DNA of 50,892 bases from Gaiellaceae bacterium (GTDB lineage: Bacteria; Actinomycetota; Thermoleophilia; Gaiellales; Gaiellaceae). This document shows, piece by piece, positions 42,393 to 49,481 of the stretch. The notes under the pieces were generated by a model that saw nothing but the letters and a program-made list of their open reading frames with translations, ran no database searches and was not told the origin of the DNA. Within the stretch, counting starts at the first letter, position 1. Each line of letters opens with the position of its first letter. The translations under genes were made by a program, and so were the position numbers. Where the stretch lies: positions 1-50,892 of the forward strand of contig DASQLF010000172.1 in assembly GCA_035630135.1 (NCBI GenBank), read 5' to 3'.

Positions 42393-43718
42393 GTGTTCGA
42401 CACCCTCTCAGACAAGCTCCAGGCGACCCTAGGTGGCCTCGGGCGCTCCGGTCGTCTCGACGAGGAGGCGGTTTCGAAGGCGATGCGCGAGATCCGCCTC
42501 GCGCTGCTCGAAGCCGACGTCAACCTGGAGGTCGCCCGCGACTTCACCGCGTCCGTGAAGGAGCGCGCGCTCGGCCAGGACGTCCTGAAGAGCCTGTCGC
42601 CGGGCCAGCAGGTGGTGAAGATCGTGCACGAGGAGCTCACCGAGTTGATGGGCTCGGGCGACTCCCGACTGGCGTTCGGGCGCCCGCCGACCGTGATCCT
42701 TCTCGCCGGCCTGCAGGGCTCGGGCAAGACCACCGCGGCGGCGAAGCTCGCCCTCCTACTCCGCAAGGACAAGAAGCGGCCGGGACTCGTTGCGTGCGAC
42801 CTGCAGCGCCCCGCGGCCGTCGATCAGCTCGAGCAGCTCGGCAAGCAGATCCAGATTCCTGTCTTCGCGCTCGACCGCAGCGATCCGGTCGAGGCGGCCC
42901 GGCGTGGGCTCGAGGCCGCTCGCACGGACGGGCTCGACGTCGTGATCCTCGACACGGCAGGCCGCCTGCATGTCGATACCGAGCTCATGGACGAGCTCGA
43001 GCAGGTCGCGACCGTGACGAAGCCGACGAACGTCCTCCTCGTCCTCGACGCGATGACGGGCCAGGAAGCGGTGAACGTCGCAGTCGCCTTCCAGGAGCGC
43101 GTCGCATTCGACGGCGTGATCCTGACCAAGCTCGACGGCGACGCCCGCGGCGGCGCCGCGCTCTCGGTGCGCGCCGTCACCGGCCGACCCGTGAAGCTCG
43201 TCTCGGTCGGCGAGAAGCTCGACCAGCTCGAGTACTTCCATCCCGACCGAATGGCGTCGCGGATCCTGGGGATGGGCGACGTCCTCACGCTGATCGAGAA
43301 GGCGGAGGCGGCCGTCGAGCTCGACGAGCAGGCCGACATGGAGAAGCGCATCCGCGCGGGCGAGTTCACGTTCGACGACTTCCTCGCGAGCTACCGGATG
43401 ATCCGCCGGATGGGGCCACTCCAGGGCGTGCTGAAGATGATCCCGGGCATGGGGAAGCAGCTGCAGGGGCTCGATCTCGACGAGAAGCAGCTCGCGCGGG
43501 TGGAGGCGATCGTGCTCTCGATGACACCGCACGAGCGCCGCATGCCGCACGTCATCTCCACGCAGCGTCGCCGCCGGATCGCGGCCGGCAGCGGGACGTC
43601 GCTCGACGAGGTGAACAAGCTCATGGCCGCCCGCAAGCAGATGGCGAAGATGATGAAGCAGATGGGCAAGGGGAAAATGCCGACGCTCCCGCCGGGAGTG
43701 GGCGGTCCCAGGCGCTAG
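42393..43718 (+). CDS. ffh: signal recognition particle protein Ffh
   Basis: GTG 42393 ([10 protein letters not shown]). [36 protein letters not shown], and a Met-rich M-domain tail. Confidence 0.95.
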   Translation: MFDTLSDKLQATLGGLGRSGRLDEEAVSKAMREIRLALLEADVNLEVARDFTASVKERALGQDVLKSLSPGQQVVKIVHEELTELMGSGDSRLAFGRPPTVILLAGLQGSGKTTAAAKLALLLRKDKKRPGLVACDLQRPAAVDQLEQLGKQIQIPVFALDRSDPVEAARRGLEAARTDGLDVVILDTAGRLHVDTELMDELEQVATVTKPTNVLLVLDAMTGQEAVNVAVAFQERVAFDGVILTKLDGDARGGAALSVRAVTGRPVKLVSVGEKLDQLEYFHPDRMASRILGMGDVLTLIEKAEAAVELDEQADMEKRIRAGEFTFDDFLASYRMIRRMGPLQGVLKMIPGMGKQLQGLDLDEKQLARVEAIVLSMTPHERRMPHVISTQRRRRIAAGSGTSLDEVNKLMAARKQMAKMMKQMGKGKMPTLPPGVGGPRR

Positions 43719-43756
43719 CCTTCCCGCTTCATCTCAGAGAAAGGCACAGACAGCAC

Positions 43757-44002
43757 ATGGCAGTGAAGATCAGGTTGACGCGCGTCGGATCGAAGAAGAA
43801 CCCGATCTACCGCGTCGTGGTGGCCGACTCGCGCTCGCCGCGCGACGGCCGCTTCATCGAGATCGTCGGTCGCTACAACCCGCAGACCGACCCGTCCACG
43901 ATCGACCTCGACGAGGGGAAGATCAAGGACTGGATGGCGAAGGGCGCGCAGCCGACGGCTCCCGTCTCGCGGCTCATCAGGGCTGCGGGCTTCGACGGCT
44001 GA
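43757..44002 (+). CDS. rpsP: 30S ribosomal protein S16
   Basis: [35 protein letters not shown]. Confidence 0.96.
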   Translation: MAVKIRLTRVGSKKNPIYRVVVADSRSPRDGRFIEIVGRYNPQTDPSTIDLDEGKIKDWMAKGAQPTAPVSRLIRAAGFDG

Positions 44003-44007
44003 CCGAC

Positions 44008-44238
44008 GTGGCGGAGCTCCTCGAGTGGCTTGCACGGCGGCTGGTCGACGAGCCCGACGCCGTTCGGGTCGAGACCGAGGAGCGTGAGGATGCGATCGTC
44101 TTCCATCTCCACGTCGCGCCGGACGACGTCGGGAAGGTGATTGGCAGGCAGGGACGGATCGCGCGCGCTCTGCGGAGCGTCGTCCGTGCCGGGGGCGCCC
44201 GGGCGGACGAGCGGTACGTGCTCGAGATTGCCGACTGA
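44008..44238 (+). CDS. KH-domain RNA-binding protein (YlqC/UPF0109)
   Basis: VGKVIGRQGRIARALRSVV GXXG KH motif, in the conserved position between rpsP and rimM. Confidence 0.9.
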   Translation: MAELLEWLARRLVDEPDAVRVETEEREDAIVFHLHVAPDDVGKVIGRQGRIARALRSVVRAGGARADERYVLEIAD

Positions 44239-44704
44239 GCCCGAGTCCGAGCTCGTCCGCATCGGCACGGTCGGCAAGCCGCACGGTCTCGACGGCGCTT
44301 TCGTCGTCGAGGGCGCGAGCGAGGATCCCCGACGCTTCGAGATCGGCGCGACGATGATCGTCGGGGGCGAGACGGTCCGCGTGACGACCTCCCGTCGCGT
44401 TGGAGGCGGCCGGCACGCGATCAAGCTCGACCGCCGGGTCGAGCGGGGGGCGGTCTTGAGCATCCGCCGCGAGGATCTCGCGCCCCTTCCGCCGGATTCG
44501 TACTACGTGTCCGACCTCGTCGGGCTCGAGGTCCTCGATGAGCGCGGAGAGGTCGTCGGAGTCGTGCGCGACGTGCAGCCCGGCCCGGCCAACGACGCGA
44601 TCGAGCTGGACACCGGGCTCTTGCTGCCCCTCGTCGAGGCCTGTGTCCGCGAGATCGACCTCGCGGCGCGCCGGATTCGTCTCAATCCCGGCTTCACCCC
44701 CTGA
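44228..44704 (+). CDS. rimM: 16S rRNA processing protein RimM
   Basis: TTG 44228 (best in-frame start). VRIGTVGKPHGLDGAF start block and a PRC-barrel C-terminus. Confidence 0.88.
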   Translation: MPTEPESELVRIGTVGKPHGLDGAFVVEGASEDPRRFEIGATMIVGGETVRVTTSRRVGGGRHAIKLDRRVERGAVLSIRREDLAPLPPDSYYVSDLVGLEVLDERGEVVGVVRDVQPGPANDAIELDTGLLLPLVEACVREIDLAARRIRLNPGFTP

Positions 44705-44722
44705 CGGCTACGGTTTCGCGTC

Positions 44723-45373
44723 GTGCTCCTCGACGTCTTCACGCTCGTACCGGGTGCGTTCGACTGGGCCCGCGAGCGGCGTCCGCTGGCGGGGATCCTC
44801 GGGCGTGAGCTCGAGCTCCGCGTCTTCAACTACCGCGACTCCACGCCGTTGTCCGCCGGACAGGTGGACGACGACCCCTACGGTGGCGGACCGGGGATGG
44901 TGCTGCGGGTCGACGTGGTCGCCGCCGCGCTCGATGCCGTCTACGGCGGGCTTCCGGCACAGCGGGTGATCGCGCTCTCGCCGCAGGGCCGCCAGCTCGA
45001 CCAGGAGCTCGTGGAGGAGCTCGCGCTGGAGCCGTCGCTCACGGTGCTCTCGGCCCGGTTCGAGGGGTTCGACCAGCGGATCCTCGAACATCTCTGCACG
45101 GACACGATCTCGATCGGGCCCTACATCCTCTCCGGAGGAGAGATTCCCGCGCTCGCACTCGTCGACGCGGTCGCGCGCCGGCTTCCCGGTGCGCTCACGG
45201 AAGGATCGGGCGAGGTAGAGAGCTTCTCTGCGGCACTCGACGGCGGTCTGGAGTATCCGCACTACACGCGGCCGGCCGAGTTCCGGGGTTGGGCGGTACC
45301 GGAGATCCTGCTCTCGGGCGACCACGGACGGATCGACGCGTGGCGCCGCGAGCGGGTCAGGTCGCTCTCGTGA
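44723..45373 (+). CDS. trmD: tRNA (guanine37-N1)-methyltransferase
   Basis: DDDPYGGGPGMVL, SPQGRQL, and LSGDHGRIDAWRRE. Confidence 0.94.
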   Translation: MLLDVFTLVPGAFDWARERRPLAGILGRELELRVFNYRDSTPLSAGQVDDDPYGGGPGMVLRVDVVAAALDAVYGGLPAQRVIALSPQGRQLDQELVEELALEPSLTVLSARFEGFDQRILEHLCTDTISIGPYILSGGEIPALALVDAVARRLPGALTEGSGEVESFSAALDGGLEYPHYTRPAEFRGWAVPEILLSGDHGRIDAWRRERVRSLS

Positions 45374-46155
45374 GCGACACCGAAGAGCGCCAGGTCGCTC
45401 CGCCCGAGCCCCCGTCCGAGGAGGAGGACTGGCGGATGCCGCGTGAGTACCGCTCGCCGCCGCCTCCCGCTCCGCCGTTCTCCTGGCCCCTCCCCCCGCC
45501 CGCGGCGGACAGGCGCCCGGAGGACGGTCACGAGTTCCACCACCCGCTCGACCGGGTCACGGGCCGCCTCCCTCGCAGGCTACGAATCACCGTCGACTGG
45601 ATCGTCACGATCGTCGGTGCGGTCGCGATCGTCCTCGCGATCAAAGCCTGGGTGGTGAACCCGTATCGGATCCCCTCCTCGTCGATGGAGGCGACGCTCC
45701 ACTGCGCGCAGGGCCCGGTTGCGCCCGGCTGCCTCGCGCGGTTCTCGGATCGCGTCCTCGCGAACCGCTTCGTCTACCACTTCCGCGATCCGGCGCGCGG
45801 CGACATCATCGTGTTCGAGACCCCCGCCGAGGCTCGCGCCAAGTGCGGCGCCGGAGGGACGTTCGTCAAGCGGATCGTCGGCCTGCCAGGTGAGCGCGTC
45901 GGCATCCGGCTGCGGCGAGGCGCCGCGTTCGTCTACATCGACGGAGAGCGGCTCGAGGAGCCGTACATCGACAACGACCGGCGCGACATCGGCCCGGAGG
46001 AGTCGTTCCGCGTGCCCCCGGGGAGCTACTTCGTCATGGGCGACAACCGCTCGCAGTCGTGCGACTCGCGGACGTGGGGCTCCGTGCCGAGGGACAACAT
46101 CATCGGCAAGGTCTTCATGACCTACTGGCCGCCGCTTCGCATCTCCTTCTTCTAG
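45370..46155 (+). CDS. lepB: signal peptidase I with Pro/acidic-rich cytoplasmic N-terminal extension
   Basis: GTG 45370 overlaps the trmD stop (GTGA). IPSSSMEATL (catalytic Ser), KRIVGLPGE (Lys), GDNRSQSCDSR. Confidence 0.9.
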   Translation: MSDTEERQVAPPEPPSEEEDWRMPREYRSPPPPAPPFSWPLPPPAADRRPEDGHEFHHPLDRVTGRLPRRLRITVDWIVTIVGAVAIVLAIKAWVVNPYRIPSSSMEATLHCAQGPVAPGCLARFSDRVLANRFVYHFRDPARGDIIVFETPAEARAKCGAGGTFVKRIVGLPGERVGIRLRRGAAFVYIDGERLEEPYIDNDRRDIGPEESFRVPPGSYFVMGDNRSQSCDSRTWGSVPRDNIIGKVFMTYWPPLRISFF

Positions 46156-46263
46156 GCAAGGCCAATGATCAAGCGCGCGACCCGGCCGGGAGCGGACGGC
46201 TTTGGGATCTGCGCCAAACGAGCTGGTACCATTGCCCGCCGGTCTTCCGGCCCTCCCTTTCTC

Positions 46264-46614
46264 ATGCATCCGACGATCGAAAGCCTCGAGCAGCGCCACA
46301 TGCGCACGGACCTGCCGCAGTTCAAGGCGGGTGACACGCTGCGTGTGCACTTCAAGGTGATCGAGGGCAATCGGCAGCGCATCCAGGTGTTCGAGGGCAT
46401 CTGCATCAAGCGCCAGGGCTCCGGGTTTCGCGAGACGTTCACAGTGCGAAAGCAGTCGTTCGGAGTCGGCGTCGAGCGCACGTTCCCGCTCCACTCGCCG
46501 AAGATCGAGACGCTCGAGGTCGCCGCGATCGGCGACGTTCGGCGCGCCAAGCTCTATTACTTGCGCAAGCGAGTGGGAAAGAAGGCGCGCGTCCGCGAGC
46601 TCCGTCAGCGCTAG
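46264..46614 (+). CDS. rplS: 50S ribosomal protein L19
   Basis: ATG 46264. [32 protein letters not shown]...SPKIE. Confidence 0.95.
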   Translation: MHPTIESLEQRHMRTDLPQFKAGDTLRVHFKVIEGNRQRIQVFEGICIKRQGSGFRETFTVRKQSFGVGVERTFPLHSPKIETLEVAAIGDVRRAKLYYLRKRVGKKARVRELRQR

Positions 46615-46631
46615 TCCCTAGACTCCGGCGC

Positions 46632-47273
46632 GTGGCTCGGAGTAGTGGCCAGCGTCTTCTCGGCTTCGATCGCAAGCTCGGTGTGCGCTTCGTCGCGGGC
46701 GCGGACGAGGCCGGTCGTGGATCTCTCGCCGGCCCGCTCGTCGTGGCGGGCGTCCTCTTCGACTACGAGACTCTCCGCGGCTCGCGGGTCAGGCCGCTGT
46801 CCACGCTGAACGACTCGAAGCAGGTTTCCGTCGAGGAGCGGGAGGAGCTGTTCCAGGCGGTCGGCTCGTGCGCGTCGGCGATCAGCGTGCACGTCGTCCC
46901 GGCCGGAACGATCGACCGCGACGGACTTCATCGATCCAACCTGGCGGGGCTGCGCGCGGTGCTCGGCGATCTGCATCCACCCGCTGATGCGTGCCTCGTC
47001 GACGGCTTCCGGCTCGGGCCCAGCGCGCCCCCGCATCGCGCCGTGGTCGACGGCGACGCGCGGAGCGCCGCGATCGCCGCGGCGTCGATCGTCGCGAAGG
47101 TCGTCCGCGATCGCGTCATGCGGCGCCTCGACGCGCTCTACCCGAACTACGGGTTCGTCTCGCACGTGGGCTACATCACGCCCGCGCACAACGACGCCGT
47201 CCGCTCGCACGGGCCTTCGGAGCTGCACCGCCGCTCGTTCCAGGCGCGCTGCTACGCCGTCGAGGCCGCGTGA
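46632..47273 (+). CDS. rnhB: ribonuclease HII
   Basis: GADEAGRGSLAGPLVVAGV, DSKQVS and ASIVAKV blocks. Confidence 0.93.
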   Translation: MARSSGQRLLGFDRKLGVRFVAGADEAGRGSLAGPLVVAGVLFDYETLRGSRVRPLSTLNDSKQVSVEEREELFQAVGSCASAISVHVVPAGTIDRDGLHRSNLAGLRAVLGDLHPPADACLVDGFRLGPSAPPHRAVVDGDARSAAIAAASIVAKVVRDRVMRRLDALYPNYGFVSHVGYITPAHNDAVRSHGPSELHRRSFQARCYAVEAA

Positions 47274-47590
47274 ATCGCGGCGAGCGCCGCGCCCTCATCC
47301 ATTACAGGCTCCGCGGCTACCGGCTCGTCGCGGCGAACGTCCGCGTCGGGCGCTACGAGCTCGACCTCGTTCTCCGCCGCGGCCAGCGCCTCCTCGTCGT
47401 CGAGGTGAAGGAGAAGAGCGGCACGGCGTTCGGCGAGCCGCTCGAGATGATCGACGAGGAGAAGGTGCGTCGCGTCCTGATCGCCGCCGCCGGCTGGCTT
47501 CACTCGCGACCGGATCTCGCCGGGCTCGAACTCGAGTTCGAGGCCGCCGGTGTGCGGGCTCGCAAGGTCGAGCGGGTGCCACTGACGTAG
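47270..47590 (+). CDS. yraN: YraN-family (UPF0102) endonuclease-like protein
   Basis: GTG 47270 overlaps the rnhB stop (GTGA). GYRLVAANVRVGRYELDLV....LLVVEVKEK (D..ExK-type core). Confidence 0.85.
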   Translation: MNRGERRALIHYRLRGYRLVAANVRVGRYELDLVLRRGQRLLVVEVKEKSGTAFGEPLEMIDEEKVRRVLIAAAGWLHSRPDLAGLELEFEAAGVRARKVERVPLT

Positions 47591-47621
47591 GGACGCCCTG
47601 CGGCCCGTCGAAAGGGTCGCA

Positions 47622-48737
47622 ATGCCGACGCAGGCTGCGCTCTACGACGAGCTGGCACCCGAGCTCCACCTGTCCTGGTCCGAGGCGGAGCTTCCGGAGC
47701 GTGAGCGCACGAAGCACGTCCATCGTCTCCACCCGTACCTCGGCAAGTTCGTCCCGCAGCTCGTCGAGGCGCTCCTGGAGCGCTACGTCACGCCCGGCGG
47801 CCGTGTGCTGGACCCGTTCGCCGGCTCCGGAACGACGCTGGTGCAGAGCCTCGAGTCCGGCTACGACGCCGTGGGTGTCGACATAGCCGCGTTCAACTGC
47901 CTTCTCATGCGGGTGAAGATCGAGCAGTACGACCTCGATGGGCTAGAGGCCGACCTGCAAGGGGCGCTCGCTCGTTCAGGCCGGTCGCGGGCACGGCCGA
48001 GCCGCTACGTGCGCGAGTGGTTCGCCCCCGTCGCAGCCGCCGAGCTCCTTCACTTCCGCTCCATCGTCGACGACTACGAGCACGCCGACGTGCTGCGCGT
48101 CGTCCTCGCGCGAGCGGCGCGCTCGGCCCGCTTGACGACGCACTTCGACCTCGACTTCCCTCGCGCGCCGCAGACCGGGCAGTACTGGTGCCACAAGCAC
48201 CGACGGACGTGCACACCGGTGCAGGAGGCGGGCAAGTTCCTCTCGCGCTACCTCCTCGACACGCTCGCGCGCATCGAGGCGTTCGCCGGCGCTCGGGCGC
48301 CTGGGTTCGCCGCTCGGGTCGTCCACGGCGACTCCACGCAGGTCGGGCTCGATGGGCCGTTCGACGCTGTCGTCACCTCGCCGCCGTATCCGGGCCTCAT
48401 CGACTACCACGAGCAGCACCGTTACGCGTACGAGCTGCTCGGGCTCGACGACCAGAGGGAGCGAGAGGTCGGGGCCGCAGCGTCCGGCACCGGGAGAGCC
48501 GCGATCGAGTCGTACGTTGCCGGGGTTTCGACCGTGCTCACGCGAACCGCGGACGTGCTCGCGGACGACGCGCCCGTGCTCGTGGTCGTGAACGACAGAC
48601 GTGACCTGTATCCGGAGATCCTCCGACGGAGCCGTCTTCGCCTCGTCGACCGCCTCGAGCGGCACGTCAACCGCCGGACCGGACGGCGCGCCGGTGAGTA
48701 CTACGAGTCCGTTTTGGTCTGTGTACGGGATCCGTAA
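47622..48737 (+). CDS. amino-methyltransferase, probably DNA N4-cytosine/N6-adenine type; motif I precedes motif IV; no restriction partner seen
   Basis: HPYLGKFVPQL...VLDPFAGSGTT (AdoMet motif I, nt 47811-47837) and VVTSPPYPGLIDY (motif IV SPPY, nt 48378-48389), about 180 aa apart. Confidence 0.7.
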   Translation: MPTQAALYDELAPELHLSWSEAELPERERTKHVHRLHPYLGKFVPQLVEALLERYVTPGGRVLDPFAGSGTTLVQSLESGYDAVGVDIAAFNCLLMRVKIEQYDLDGLEADLQGALARSGRSRARPSRYVREWFAPVAAAELLHFRSIVDDYEHADVLRVVLARAARSARLTTHFDLDFPRAPQTGQYWCHKHRRTCTPVQEAGKFLSRYLLDTLARIEAFAGARAPGFAARVVHGDSTQVGLDGPFDAVVTSPPYPGLIDYHEQHRYAYELLGLDDQREREVGAAASGTGRAAIESYVAGVSTVLTRTADVLADDAPVLVVVNDRRDLYPEILRRSRLRLVDRLERHVNRRTGRRAGEYYESVLVCVRDP

Positions 48738-48813
48738 GAGATCCGTCAGGCTCGAGAGGCTTCGACCGGAAGCCGCAGTAGCCTGGGCCGATCCTCACTA
48801 GAAAGGGGTTCGG

Positions 48814-49413
48814 ATGAAGACATTCGTCCGCCGGCCGTCGCCGGCGATGATCGTCGCGTGCATCGCCCTTCTCGTCGCTCTCGGCGGGACGAGCGTCGCG
48901 GCTGTTAGCCAGCTCGCACGCAACAGCGTCGGAACGCCGCAGCTGAAGACGGGCGCGGTCACCAACGCGAAGCTCCGCAACAACGCCGTCAACTCGGCGA
49001 AGGTCGCGAATCGCTCACTGCTCCGCTCGGACTTCGCGCCCGGCCAGCTTCCCGCGGGCCCGGTAGGTCCTCAGGGTCCGGCCGGTCCGGCAGGCCCGGC
49101 CGGTGCCGCGGGTCCGGCAGGCGTCATCGGCGCGATCACCGTGCGCACGAGCTCCTCGCTCGTCGCCGGCGGGGCCGCCGAGAACGGGGCCTACAACAGC
49201 GCCCGGGTCACGGCCTCGTGCCAGCCGAACGAGCGTGCGATCTCGGGAGGAACCTCGTGGAGCGACGACACGGCGGGCCGTGAGCTCATGACCGGCGAGC
49301 TCGAGCCCCAGCTGAACGCCCAGAACCAGGTGGTCGGGTTCCTCGGTGTCGGTCTCAACGACAGCGGGAACGACAGCACGTTCACCGTGCACGCGCTCTG
49401 CTACACGCCGTAA
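48814..49413 (+). CDS. secreted/anchored protein with short collagen-like GXY run
   Basis: GAAAGGGG upstream of ATG 48814. Hydrophobic N-terminal segment MIVACIALLVALGGTSVAA. AVTNAKL/AVNSAKV repeats, then GPVGPQGPAGPAGPAGAAGPAG, and a C-terminal domain with a Cys pair. Confidence 0.7.
   Translation: MKTFVRRPSPAMIVACIALLVALGGTSVAAVSQLARNSVGTPQLKTGAVTNAKLRNNAVNSAKVANRSLLRSDFAPGQLPAGPVGPQGPAGPAGPAGAAGPAGVIGAITVRTSSSLVAGGAAENGAYNSARVTASCQPNERAISGGTSWSDDTAGRELMTGELEPQLNAQNQVVGFLGVGLNDSGNDSTFTVHALCYTP
49057..49122 (+). repeat. GXY collagen-like triplet repeat (about 7 triplets) at protein level; GGTCCGGCAGGCCCGGCC-type DNA repeat
   Basis: Read from the translation (aa 82-103) and the DNA at 49057-49122. 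Confidence 0.85.
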
Positions 49414-49432
49414 CGCACTTGTAGCTCTCTTT

Positions 49433-49469
49433 CCGGGAAGGCGATCACCATCCGTGATCGCCTTCCCGG
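49433..49469 (+). terminator. perfect 16-bp hairpin after the collagen-like gene
   Basis: CCGGGAAGGCGATCAC-catcc-GTGATCGCCTTCCCGG, 20 nt after the stop. There is no T-tract. It ends 12 nt before the comM start candidate. Confidence 0.65.
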
Positions 49470-49481
49470 CACCGTTCGGGG

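Noticed and set aside
11903-49481. Looked for mobile-element hallmarks at the borders of the inserted blocks: integrase/transposase genes, tRNA attachment sites, terminal inverted repeats, flanking direct repeats.
   Set aside because: None seen by eye. The insertions are bounded only by hairpins or gene ends, so no mobile_element feature is called.
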